DNA of 64,000 nucleotides from Octopus vulgaris (Eukaryota). Shown here one piece after another: positions 12,720-26,345 of the stretch (positions within the stretch are counted from its first letter, which is position 1; each line of letters begins with the position of its first letter). Location: NCBI GenBank assembly GCA_951406725.2, contig OX597815.1:166780001-166844000 (forward strand), in the 5' to 3' direction. The position numbers and the translations under genes were made by a program. Under the pieces are notes generated by a model. That model made no database searches. It was not told the origin of the DNA and was given only the letters and a program-made list of their open reading frames with translations.

Positions 12720-13075
12720 AGAAGACGTTAAATTATTTTATTCTATTTTATTTAAAATTTCTTGCGATATAAAACAGATCTGCTTCATTAAGCTGTTTTT
12801 CTTGTTGAGATCTATATACACACAAGCTTAATGTATGATGTCAGCAGAATCCACACTCTCATCAAGCCTTTCTCTGTCCGTGTTTTTTTTTTGTAATTTT
12901 GTTATATTTGAGATACGGTTAGAAAACTTTAAATTAAATCAGTTCTCCTATACGTACAAGACGGTATTGTTTTTTTTTAAAACGTATATCTTTAAGAATA
13001 AGATGAATTGTATGTGACATGAAAAGACAGTTCCCGTTGAAATTCACGATTTAAATTCAAATGTAAAATATTAAA

Positions 13076-13135
<60 letters not shown>

Positions 13136-13287
13136 GATAATGATAATGATGATGATGAGGAATTCCGACAATGATGATGACGACGATGATGATGATGATG
13201 AGGAGGATGATGATGGTGATGTCATTGTTAATGAGACAGCTATATTTTGGGTAGAGCTACCGACATCGAATTTCACGATGCTTTTGC

Positions 13288-13335
<48 letters not shown>

Positions 13336-14181
13336 GATATATATATATATAGCGAGAGGGAGAGAGAGAGAATGAGTGTGTGTGTATGTGTGTGTGTGTG
13401 TGTATGTGTATGTGTGTGTGTGTGTGTACGTGTGTGTGTGTGTGTATGTGAGCACATCGTGTTAATAATATTTGAAGTGGGGCGGATTTAGGAAGACGAA
13501 TTGAAATTTTAGTCACATGTCATTTTGAGTGTGTGCGTGGGAGGGGGTGCGTCTGTGTTCGTATGCACTTTTGGGCGTTGTATTAAACAGAAATAATAAA
13601 AAATTCTATCTAAAGACAATTTTTCAAAAAATTATTTTAACCGTATATTGATTTCCATGTCAGAATTATTTTATGTTGTCCAAATATATATATCATAATA
13701 TACACCATAATATACGGCGACTGAATACTGAAAGCCAAGGTAAAGTCTCGAAGGTTTCTTACCGTAGGTTTCTGATTTAATTTCGAATTTGGTTTATTTT
13801 TGTCATAACATGATTTGAATAGTATTTTAGTTTCTCCAGCCAACAACAGATTTGCCAGCAACAGATTTGCCAGAATATCAGCCCCCATTAAAAGATTCAA
13901 TGGGTATATTTGGTTATAGTTTAACACAGGTCAATTTTATACCAGACTGTGAGGGACCTGTGTAGTGTTGGTTTACTTTAATATTTCTTCGTTGTATGTA
14001 TATATGTATATGTTTGTATGAATGTTTATGTATAAGTATACACATACACACACACATACGCACACATATATACATATATATATATTTACATATATTTATA
14101 CATATATACATATATATCTATATATACATATATATATCCATATATATACATATATAAACATATATACATATATACACATAT

Positions 14182-14224
<43 letters not shown>

Positions 14225-14290
14225 TATACATACATATACATACATATATATATACATACATATATATATATATATATACGTATATATACA

Positions 14291-14338
<48 letters not shown>

Positions 14339-14916
14339 TATATATGCATATATACACATATACATAGGTTTTCTGTGGTATATGTATACAACATCTTTCT
14401 ATATGTCGATATTAATCGATGAAATAATATCGAATCATATACAGACCGATGCACCACTCTCTAGATTTCATTTCATAGAGTTAAACATCTGAAGTGAAAT
14501 AATCTGTTACCAAGTTAAAAAAGAAAAAGAAAAAAGAGACTCTCCTGTACACTAAATTTGATTTCTTTCATTTGAAGAATATGTGTCAAAATTTTCAAAA
14601 CGTGTCAGCCAAACTGCATTAGATCGAACGAGAATCCACTACAAAACATCAAAATACTATTTGTGTTCATGTAGTTTGTTTGTTTGAAGGTATTTGTGCA
14701 AATGCTTTGGATAGTCTTACCCAAGAATTCATTTCCATGACCACTAGAATTATTTTCAATTTAGAATAAAACAAAAACCGAAAAAAGACAGTAAATTAAT
14801 ACTATTAACTGACAGATATAGATGTAAAGATTGAATTTTACACTCTGTGATATTTGCATCAATGTGATGGAATTTATAGCTTAATCTTGTTAAAAATCTG
14901 CTAGACAATTGTAGAA

Positions 14917-14961
<45 letters not shown>

Positions 14962-15906
14962 AATCATATTTTGTTTCTTTGAAAATATTTTACTTTTCAA
15001 CGTATTGAATAATTATTGATATATCATAGCTGTATTCATCTGCTTTAAAACATACATACGATGTCGTGATGTAGAAAACACTACAAAAACAAAGAAAAAA
15101 ATAATAACTAAAACAACGAGAAACTTACATGAAATTAAAAGTTTTTAACAGTCAATTGTATGATACAAGATATACTGTTAATTGATTTTTACATGCATTT
15201 CTAAGCACCAGTCTTGTTGTGCTGAATTGAAAAGTTCGAATATTTTGTATTCTTGGAATATTCCCAAGAAGTTCTATTTCAAATGATAATTTCTAATCAT
15301 CATTTATTATTGTTGATAAAACGAGAAAAGTTTTTCCTCGTCTTTCTTGTAATAGAGGCACAGTTTTACTTTAACTAGAATCTGATGTCTACTCTACACA
15401 AATGTGTGATTCATAAAAAAAATGTTTTTAATGAAACGCTTGGACCTGTACACAAACAACTCTTTAAATGTCATAGGATTTGATTTTCAGATTCATGTAA
15501 ATTAACATGCTTTTTGTCACCTTTTATTCAATTTGAATATCTCTGTTTAAACCCCGACTCTGCATTTTCCTCTTTCACCCTAGTCACACACTCACACATT
15601 CACATACACATATCTATGTATATATAAAAATCATTTGAAAGCATTAAAGTATCATTAGATTTTTTTCTCCGAAGTTTTAAACAAGTGTTTTAGAATGCTT
15701 TCTTTTTCAATTTCTTATATTTCACAATCACTAGTTCATATACACAAGGGGTTTTCATGTAATTGTACTTTTGAGATCAACTGTTTCCTTACAAGAGGAA
15801 GGAATTTCGATCTACCGAAGTTTATCGTCAATATTAATATTAATATCATTATTATATATTTATATATATTACAAATATATATATATGAAAAACGATTTTA
15901 AATGTT
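12720..15906 (-). other. SoxE: Putative SoxE 3' UTR (extent uncertain)
   Basis: AU-rich, SINE-free stretch after the stop. Minus-strand AATAAA at 15523-15528, 15303-15308, and paired at 12747-12752/12737-12742 followed by a U-rich tract. Confidence 0.4.
13074..13445. repeat. Compound microsatellite (AAT)n-(ATGATA)n-(GAT/GAC)n-(TA)n-(GA)n-(TG)n; representative of dozens of TA, CA, TATC and CATA tracts
   Basis: Direct reading. Confidence 0.95.
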
Positions 15907-16868
15907 TCATGTATAACGTTCCCATGGTTGTTCTCCAGGTCCTGCTGCGACGATGGGGTTAAAGGTTTGTCTAGCCATTGTGAGATACTGATAAGTCGGT
16001 GGAGAAGGATTAGAAACTACTTGTCCATTATGGTTTGAGTAATATGTTTGTTGGTGGTTTGTTACTGGGTATATCTGGTCATCGTTCATAGAATAACGAG
16101 ATGTTGTATTGTCATATTCTTCATATTTGTTTGTTTCGCAACGGAAGTGAGGCGGCAGTGGTTGCGGTTGCGCATGGGGTGCTGGTGGTGGGGGTGCTTG
16201 TAGGTGTTCCAGTTTGATGGTTGCCGGGGAATTAGGTTCGCGGAACTTACATTCGTTTTCAGCGGCTGTTGTATAAACTGGTCCGCGATGATGATGTCCT
16301 ATGTTATTAGCGACTGCACCATTGTTAGGGTTATTCGTGTTGTTCGAATTGTTCACATTAGCATTGTTGGCATTGTTGTTTGGTACCATATTAGAAGCCA
16401 TTCCTATGTGACCGTTGGCCGCTTGATGTGCAGGTGGTGGTTGCTGTTGCTGCTGTTGCTGCTGTTGTTGTTGCTGTTGTTGCTGTTGTTGTTGTTGCTG
16501 TTGTTGTTGCTGTTGCGATGATAAATCATAAGGAATGCTGGTTGGGCTTCCATTATTGAAAGGCTGCACGCAAGCACTTGCAGAAACTCGGTAATTGCTA
16601 GTCCAAGTAGGAGCAGTAGAGACAGCAGTCGGGCTGACCTGGTTGTAGCACGTATATCCGTTATCAGACTGGGCTGCTGCGGCGGCCGTGGCAGCTGCTG
16701 CCGCCGCAGCGACGTTATGTTGGTGCGAGAGGATGGCACCTGGATTCATTGCCAAATACTGGTCAAGTTCATGGTCATCAATGTTATCCAAACTCATTAC
16801 TTCATTTCCAAGTTCACGTAGATCTACCCGACTAAAGTCGATGGGGTGGGCCTGGGAATGTAATCCTC
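15907..16868 (-). CDS. SoxE: SoxE last coding exon: K2 domain, polyAla, polyGln, SUMO motif, C-terminal transactivation tail
   Basis: Acceptor tttcag ends at 16869. Phase 1 joins in frame with the previous exon (962 nt = 2+960). Translation HPIDFSRVDLRELGNEVMSLDNIDDHELDQYL matches the SoxE K2 motif (IDF..VD..EL..V......D..E.DQYL). It also contains IKLE and ends EQPWERYT*. Confidence 0.95.
16441..16515 (-). repeat. Coding CAA/CAG repeat, 25 Gln
   Basis: 25 consecutive ttg/ctg triplets on + within SoxE exon 3. Confidence 0.95.
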
Positions 16869-17964
16869 CTGAAATACATAAATATTTAGATCATGAGAAG
16901 TCTTCTAACCAATGATTATAAAAATAAATGAAGATGTTTCATATAACTAGATGCAACGTAAAGGATTGCCTTTCTTTATATCTATTATGTACTAAAGATA
17001 ATATTCTGATCTTCAATCTCTTTTATTGCTTTCATTTCTAATTTGCCAGTAGCTACTTGTCATACTGAAACCTAGTGTAATATTCCCCCTGTGCGTCATA
17101 GAAGGACTCTTTACTCGTGTCGGATAGAATGTTGTTTGATATAAAATAGGTGGTGGTTGGTTGTGAGGATTGAATAAAGAGGTGCATGGATTGCAATGAT
17201 CAATATATTTAAAAAAGTCATAAAAATTTTAACTTGTTCAACATCACAACAAAGGAAGATGAAATATGTAAATGCACATTCTATTTTGTTTTGTCATTAA
17301 TAAAGAGCGAATGTTGCATTTTGATATTTTTGTAGCTCTTTATTTTCTGAGTTCAAATCCTGCTAAGGTCAATTTTGCCTTCCATCCTTCCTAGGTCGAT
17401 GGTGTCGACTAACACCCTCACCGCAAAATAGCCGACCATGTGCTTAAATTAAAAATTCTTAATAAAGAGCAATGAGTAAAAAATTTTCCTATTATTTTAG
17501 AGGGGATGACCAATTATTTGTCAGTTTGAGAACCCCTTATCTAGAAAAGTAACGCTTACTTGTTCATGGTAGGCCATCATTACATGTATGAGTGACAAAA
17601 AAGGCCGCGTGCCAAACAAAAAGCCTTTATTTACGTTCGTTAACGTTCTTGGTTTGAATCCCACAAGAATCGATGTTGTCTTTCCCAGGATTGATACAAC
17701 GAATATCAGTCATAGAGATATCATCTACAACAATTGACCAAACCAACATCTCCTTTATTATTTATGAGTTCGTGCTAATGTGGGAATACTCAAATTTACA
17801 AATCAAATTCGGGAAGTCGACAAAAATAAGAACTTTATTTCTAAAGAAGCATATCCATTAAATATGCTATCCTATATATTTCTATAAAGATAGATTATAA
17901 CTAAAATCAAATGAACTAGGTAGAAGCACATTTTCGTTATTTTAAACTTCGTCGAGACACTTAC
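16869..17964 (-). other. SoxE: SoxE intron 2 (1096 bp, GT-AG)
   Basis: GTAAGT donor and TTTCAG acceptor join the two exons in frame. Confidence 0.92.
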
Positions 17965-18311
17965 CCATGCTTCTGAGACGTGAACGATCTGCCATGCATT
18001 TTATAAGTTCCTGCTGATTTGGTGTAGTTGGTGGAGTCGGTGGCCCATGTGAGCCGTTATGAGGACTTGAGCAATTGCTAGACTCGCCATCACTCATATG
18101 TGGAGTGGGTGAGTTCTGAAGTGACTTTAACATCATGCCTGGTGGGAGGTGGTGCTGTACATCGACTGATCCTGAATTGCTAACGCCAGAAGTTTTGAGA
18201 GGTTTCCGACGACGCGGTTGGTATTTATAATCGGGATAATCTTTTTTGTGCTGGACTCGTAGACGCTCGGCTTCATCAATGAAAGGTCGCTTCTCTTTTT
18301 CATTTAATAGT
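17965..18311 (-). CDS. SoxE: SoxE (Sox8/9/10-like) internal coding exon: C-terminal half of HMG box plus GPPTPPTTP motif
   Basis: Manual translation: (R)[37 protein letters not shown]...[15 protein letters not shown]...RSM(G). Acceptor tttttgtag ends at 18312 and donor GTAAGT starts at 17964. Length 347 nt = 1+345+1. The phase-2 intron at LWR/LL is the conserved SoxE HMG intron. Confidence 0.96.
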
Positions 18312-20726
18312 CTACAAAAAAAGGAAAGGAGGAAATAATTTTATTGAAGCTATATTAACTATCCAGTATTACAAACATGAAAGCAAACTGAAAATTAAGA
18401 AAAAATAATGCTATAAAACATTCCGCAAACTCTTAAATTATATTACTCATAAAAATAATTATTTGGGTCATCAGACATTTTTCCATTACTTTCTATAAAC
18501 ATCATTGTGAGAACAGTTGGTAAATATAATACATTAATATTATAAAAAAGGGAACTACTCAGGTTTATAACTGAAGTTGAAATAAGAAATTGTGACATGC
18601 ATGCCTTTCTCAATTTCTGAGGAAAGGTTTTTACTTGAGATCACTATTATGTATATTCATTTTCCTGTAAGTGTACCACCTTAACCTGGAGTTTAGCGAA
18701 TGCTGGAGCATCTGTTTCAGCAATACCCTTTTAACGGAAATCTAAGAAAGCTAAGATGATTGTAATCGCTTATTTTAAATTTTATAACGGTGGCATGTTT
18801 TGTCTTTAACCATGGATTCCATCCCCAAAGAGAATCTCACCTAGACTTATATGAATGTTAGACATCGATAATAAATTACATCACAGTCAAACAACGCAGT
18901 CTAATAAATTCGGTGGGGTTTATTAAATGATTATGCTTTAAAAGATTTTAGTTGTATCAATAAAATTACATTGACAGCACATGGGTTAGTGATCTAATGG
19001 ATAAAGATATCATTATATTTTAGAAGTAATAGTTCCTTGTTCGGATCCATCCTGGTACGGTTTACACAACCAAGAATAAGTTCTCTGATGGTGATCAGGG
19101 AACAGATTGAAACATAGTACAGTTGGAAAATCTTTCGTCATTAAAGATGACGATAAAATTTTATTGACAACAATTCATTTTAGATATTGAATGAAATTTT
19201 CTTTTTATGTAATTAGATATTGACAGTAAACCCAACATATGTTTCATTTAAGCCTCTTATAGAATGCAATTCAAATGAAACTCATGAGTAACTCTTTCTT
19301 TTACCTACTGATAAATTTCAATATAAAGAACAGTTGAATTATTGTTTTGGGTGGCTTAATTAAGTAATTAATAATCTATTCATGAAGATGACTTCACAGA
19401 AAAATGCTGTTAGAAGACAGAGTGTAAAAGTTCTTTCTCCGAAGTAAGCCAAGAGAGAGTGGTGGTGAGGGGCTGTGATCTTTAATGTAGAAGAAGAACC
19501 TTATACAAACTAGGATTTAAAACCAACAGAACGACTTTCTTTATACGAAGGCCTCTATCATATTCCTTTTACATATTCGTATAAATATGGATGTTTCAGA
19601 CAGCTAACGAATACACGCCAAATTCTTAGGTTTGCATGATTAAATCTGACCAGAGCTGCACAACAACAACAACACTAAACCTAAGCTTTGCAGAAGAATC
19701 GCTTTTCTGCTACTTCTATATCACAAGACAATCTTATAATCTATCTGAGTGTTTTAACATCTGTTGCTCCGCTTGAGGCCATCACTGATCTTAGCGGGAC
19801 AGAAATTCTAAGAAATTAATACGGAAATTTGTTGTTTTGCTTTTCTTTAATCTCTTGTACTACTATTCTTTCACAATATCGTGCCCATTTTTTTTTTATA
19901 ATCTCAAAATATAAATTGCAAAATTACAGAATTCCATTGCAAAAGCATATCAAAAGAAATCCAAGCTGGGAAGCCCAATTCATTTAAACTGCAATGTCAG
20001 TATATTATATATTTTGGCATTTGACCTATTTGCTATTAAGGGGTTTTAGTAATAATACTCCCGACTTATCTTCTTGATCATGAAGCAAAACGTGGTAAGA
20101 AATTTCATGTCACAACAGGAGCGAACAGACCCGGAAGTAGACGAGGAAATGTTTTATAAGTATCTTTTCCTTTCCTTCGGGATAGGTGTCCAGCTGGTAA
20201 AGACGACATTTAAAAGAGGATAGGCCGTCATCACATGTCATTATGGTTAAAAGCTGCACTATAATCTAACATTAGGACAGTCTGTTTCTTGGGCTTACGC
20301 TTGCTGAAAAATGGGTCATTTCAGCTACATTCAAACAACCCATTACCACTACCACCACATAAAAACAAATATAAAGCAAATAATGTAACAAGACAAAACA
20401 AAACAGGGAAAGAACGCTAGATATCTGTCAAATGTTTTGATAATAAGACAGGCGCACGTTCTCAAAATACAACTCAGAAAAGTGAATCAGTGAAGAAACA
20501 AAAAAGAAAAAGAAAAAAAAAACGACAGCAAACAGTGGTGTTTGGTTGGAAATCAAACTACACAGGCCACGAAACGATGTAAAAAAAAAAAATGAAAGAA
20601 AGAAAAAAACAGTCTATCGTATCAAGTGTTGATACATTTTAAACTGTCTCCCTTTTAATAGCCACATCCTTACTTACACGCATACCTAATACATACACAT
20701 ATCAGATTTATATTGATATAGGTGCG

Positions 20727-20805
<79 letters not shown>

Positions 20806-20822
20806 GTATGTATATATATATT

Positions 20823-20853
<31 letters not shown>

Positions 20854-20962
20854 GTATATATATATGTATGTATATAGTGTGTATGTGTATGTATAAACAC
20901 ATTTTTGTATATATTCATACTTACAAACATACACGTTTTTTATGTATATATGTATGTGTGTG

Positions 20963-21044
<82 letters not shown>

Positions 21045-22336
21045 GTATGTGTGTGTATAAACACATTCTTGTATATATTCATACTTACACATATACACGT
21101 TTTTTATGTATATATGTATGTGTATATATATATATATATGTATATGTATATATCACCATTATGTGTGCGTGTATGTGTTTCCGTCTTTGTGAGTGCTTAT
21201 GTGTATAAACATTTATAGTGGTGAAAATACATTTTCTTTCGTAAAAAACTGATATAATTCTCAGAGGAGAATCGTAAGAATAAATATATAGACCAAAAAA
21301 AAAAAAAATACCAGAAATATCGAAAAACAGGTAAACAACACTTAGATAAAGGACAACCGCAAGATCATTTGAAGAGTAGCAACTGTCGAAATATAAACAA
21401 CAACAAAAACGATGTCGGTGTTCATTTTAGACCTATTTTAGAAACTAAGATGGCGACCTAAATATTTATCATATTATGTATGACATTCAGCATTGTGTAA
21501 GATGAAAAGTAAACACCCGAGTCGAGATTGTACTTATATTCACTCGGTACAGTTTTTGGTAAGAACTAATTAATTTAACATGAACCATTTTGCCGTTAAT
21601 AATACTCTGTTTAAAAGAAGCTAACGTAGTCAGCTGATACACTAGCAACATCAACCAAATAAGCCTTAAATCACAGCCCATTGTTTTAAATACGAATAGG
21701 ACGTTAAGCCCCATTAAATACTGTGAAGCCATTTTGTAGCCCTAAATATTCCTAGAGACAGGGTATGCTCATGGCTGGTATGTGTTTGATAATAGCTTTA
21801 CTAGACTAAGGTTGGCTCAGGTCTGAACAACAATCGTCTGCTAAACGAGGCACTACATACTAACTCGATCTGCTAGAAATAGCAGCGTAATGTGTTACGA
21901 GATATCATAGTTCACTATATAACTTATTTCAAAGCTAACTCTACTGTTTTAAAAAGAGAAAGATTCGTAAGATAATGTAGTCCTAGACACAATATGTCTG
22001 GAAACGAGACACGGCAGATGAATAGGGCCGAAATATTCTTATATTCTTACGATGGTGTTTTAGTAATCCGGACCAGTATTCAATTTCAGTTCTTGGTTGA
22101 AGGTAATTCCCATTTGTATACTCGATAAAAGCAAGGACATCCCTCATTCTCTGGCGTAGAAAATTTGTGATCTACACTTGCGCCAGGGATTAATATATTT
22201 GGTTTCGATCTCCCAAAGGAGCAGCTTCGCTTCAATTCGGCCCCTTCACTATTTTCCTCGTCCTTTATTCGTACACATTACCCACGTGAGAAAATAAAAT
22301 AGTTGTACTGTAAGACTTCAAGAAATGGTCAAAAAT

Positions 22337-22404
<68 letters not shown>

Positions 22405-23291
22405 GCTCTCACACATAATACACATCCATACACACACATATACATATGTATATTTACTTTCAATAAATGTAGGACTAATGTTTGGGTGGTCATAAATAAG
22501 ACGATCGACTTAAGTTATCTTTTACTGATTCATGTGTTACGGGATATCATGGGAACGATGTAATTGGAGAGAATTTTTGGTAGAGATCACTATGCTGTGT
22601 AAATACCAGATAATTCTTAAGCACCAATTCGTAACTCAACTGAAGATCCGGAAGGTTAGAACAGATGAAAACTTTTTTTATATCGTGTGATTAGCTAAAT
22701 GGTTTTAAGAAAATAAACATATAAACACAAAAATAAAAAGAAGTTTTAAAATAAAATAAACTTGGAAAAATAATGTTATTTTTAGAAATAAAAAAATAAC
22801 TGTCATTCGGTTCTTTTTCGTCTTTCATCTTCTTGTGTACGAAGAAACTTAATAAAATATTTAATATGACCGAGAAGAGAGAATTTCTAAAACTGATAGA
22901 GTAGTGCAAAACTAAATGACTCTTGGTATTCTGTTTCATCTTGCTGCGTCCTGAGATCAACTTGGTCTAACGCATTCCTCTTCGGTCTTCTAAATGAAAC
23001 ACTAGTTTCGATTTAATATACCACCATATTAAACAAAATTTAACCTCTGGGTTCTATCTAAAATACCATAAACGTCAACAAACAAGAAAATATTCCAGAC
23101 AAATAAATAAAACAAAAACGTAGAGAGAAGCAATAAATGAATAGATGATCAGAGCCAAGACATTTGTACAGTACGTTTACAGAACAATATGGTGTATTAC
23201 CTATACTTAACATATAATGTTTGCATATTAGTTCGCTTCACAGAAAACCCTATACAAATATATTGCATTCCCCAGCAACATTCTGAAGGAT

Positions 23292-23497
23292 TTATGGAGA
23301 TATACTTGCATAGCAAGTGACCTGATCTGAGATCGTGTGCCGGAACGAAAACAATTGCAGCGTGGAAGGTGTTTATAAGCCATTTAAGAAACACACAAAA
23401 TCCGTTAGATTCACTACAACATTTAAATTTAATTTGTCAAAATACTTTCGTTACTTTGAGACCGCGACCTGTTCAATGACAAAATTCCGTACTGTAT
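23292..23497 (-). mobile_element. 206-bp non-coding insertion with 13-bp TSD carrying an HHR-like motif
   Basis: Direct repeat CATTCTGAAGGAT at 23279-23291 and 23498-23510. Confidence 0.7.
23433..23483 (-). ncRNA. Hammerhead-like motif with variant/decayed core (UUGAACA)
   Basis: Minus strand: UUUGUCA-UUGAACA-G-GUCGC ggucucaaa GUAAC-GAAA-GUAU-UU^-UGACAAA. Stem I is a perfect 7 bp. Confidence 0.5.
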
Positions 23498-24411
23498 CAT
23501 TCTGAAGGATGCTAACTTGATTATCTGCAGACCTCCAATTTTCGAAACAGTTATTATCATCTGTTAACTTCTTTCGATTTTGTCAAATTTCTTTTTCTAT
23601 TTCATATGAGATTCGTTAGCGGTATAGGATGCATTCTCTTTCCCTGAATCAGAAGCAAAACAAACAATATTGCTAACAGCAAAAAAGAAAAGAAAAAAAG
23701 GGTTTCTTGTTGTCCCTGACTTTAAAGGAACAGTCTTACTAACACTATTTTTGTTTTACTAGTTAGTCGTGGTCGGAAGTTCAGTATCCATGAACCTTTA
23801 TTTATCTTAGTTCCTCTCTAGCTGGTTGAAGGAAGGTACTTATCCTCATGTCGGGCACTTTGCTCGAACCCATACAACGGGGCAAATTACACAAGACATC
23901 CAAGGACCAGGCGGTTGGGGTTAACTCGAGCAGAAAGGTATCACCTAAAAAATCAGTGCTCAAGGTGCTGGACGCAAGTTCCCCAGATCCGTCCCTCTGG
24001 ATTAATATCATATTTTATTGACTTTAGAAAAGCCAAGAATTCCAATCTTAATTAACAGTGGATGAAAACCGGTTGCTTTACGTGATATATCAATACTATA
24101 AATTAGAATACGATTATTTTACAGAGGCCAAAAGCAAACAAAATAATTTTTAATTTTCCTTCTTTCATACGTTGTTCATTCAGTAATATAGTTTGCATTG
24201 TATTTTGCTGATTTGGTCAAGCTCTGGTAAGTTTGTATCTAAGTGAAAGCCTTTCCTTTTTGAGCCAATAAAAATTGAATTGAATTGAATTGAATTGAAT
24301 TAATTGTAAATATGTTGTGCTGATTTCAAAATTCACGCTCTAATATGCTTTCGTAATAGACGTTACTCACATGTTCTCTTACATATCAGAATGCAACCTT
24401 TTTCCCTTCTG

Positions 24412-24555
<144 letters not shown>

Positions 24556-24675
24556 ATATATATATATGTATGTATGTATATGTGCATATATATATATATA
24601 TACATATATATATACATACATACATATATATCTACATATATATATATGTATATTTATGTATATACATATATATAT

Positions 24676-24723
<48 letters not shown>

Positions 24724-24787
24724 GTGTGTGTGTATGTGTATGTGTGTGTGGGTCCCCCCGGATGTTTTGAGTTCTTGTCCTTTTTTG

Positions 24788-24848
<61 letters not shown>

Positions 24849-25544
24849 GTATATATATATATGCATTCATTCATGCATACACGACGAGTCTTTATCAGTC
24901 TCCGTCTACCAAATATACTCACAAATCTTTCGTCGGTCCATGGTCAGAGCAGAAGACATTTGCGTCAAGGTGCCGTGCTGTGGGACGGAACCCAAGACAA
25001 CGTAGATGCCGAACGAGCTTCTTAGCCATACAGCCATACAAACGCGTGGTGTGCGCGCACGCACGCACGCACGCGTCAGACACATGTCCTCCAATATGTT
25101 CTTAGCTGTAAACAGACAAAACAAACTAAACAGCTGACCGAGGCAAAAACCGGATGTAAGCGTGCACGATGAAGTGCATGTACACGAGTAATATTTTTGT
25201 CGTTCCCACGATTGTAACACACAGACAGATAGATTTAATTTAAGTGCATTAACATCATGCGACTTCAGACGCAAAATTGAAGCGCTCCATGAAGAAGTGT
25301 GTAGACATTCAGTACTTACATTAATAGCCTCATTTTAAACATGGCATATATGTGGCTATGCATGTAGCTTGTTCTTCCTGACCGGGGTTTTAGAGGGTTT
25401 TCACCGGCGGTTTGACCGGTGGTAAAGTTTTGAGGAACTGAATAATTAAGGTCTTTTCAAAGTCATTTATCCTTTGAATTAGGTCTTGCTAATTTCTGTT
25501 GCCCCCAGATATCATGATCATCTGTAATGTGTCGAATTTCTCTG

Positions 25545-25632
<88 letters not shown>

Positions 25633-25656
25633 GTATATATATATATATATATACAG

Positions 25657-25764
<108 letters not shown>

Positions 25765-25841
25765 ATAGACAAACATATACACACATATGTCCAAGACAAT
25801 CTTGTTTAATATTTGCTGCATTCTAATGTAGGCTAGAAACC

Positions 25842-25878
<37 letters not shown>

Positions 25879-26120
25879 TATGTATGTACACCCAAAGATA
25901 CACAAACACACATATCTTTGTCACGTGACGGATACAAGCAGTACTCTTCAAATGCCTTTCAGCGCTCAGAATTCTTTTATGATCTCACGCTAGGAAAGTG
26001 CAGGAGCAGAGAGCCACCATATAAGTATATGTAAATAATCACTTGTACAATCTCGAACAAACGCATTGCATACATCCATACACACACAAACTCAGAGATA
26101 GACATACCTTCGCATACACA

Positions 26121-26345
26121 TACGAGGTCTGATCAATAAGTATCCGGACCTTGAACTCTGCTGTGTATGCGCACTAAATTTTAACGTTCTAGCTCACTCC
26201 GCTGACCACAGCAGTGCTTAGAAGGAAGGTGTTTAGCGCGTGATCGTCGCATTGACCATGACAGAGAAAGTTGTCATGGCGATATCTACTCAGAGGCCTA
26301 CGCAAAGTTGCAGAAAATGTATGGAGAGGAGTGTATGAGCCGCAG
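26121..26345 (+). mobile_element. Mariner-type element 5' fragment
   Basis: TA-CGAGGTCTGATCAATAAGTATCCGGAC TIR-like end. Translation EAYAKLQKMYGEECMSR resembles the mariner N-terminal HTH. Confidence 0.7.

Noticed and set aside
16204-16915. Overlapping ORFs (16204+, 16404-, 16688+)
   Set aside because: Shadow frames of SoxE exon 3.
22635-22680. CUGAAGA...GAUGAAAAC
   Set aside because: Weak stems; compatible with chance in AT-rich DNA.
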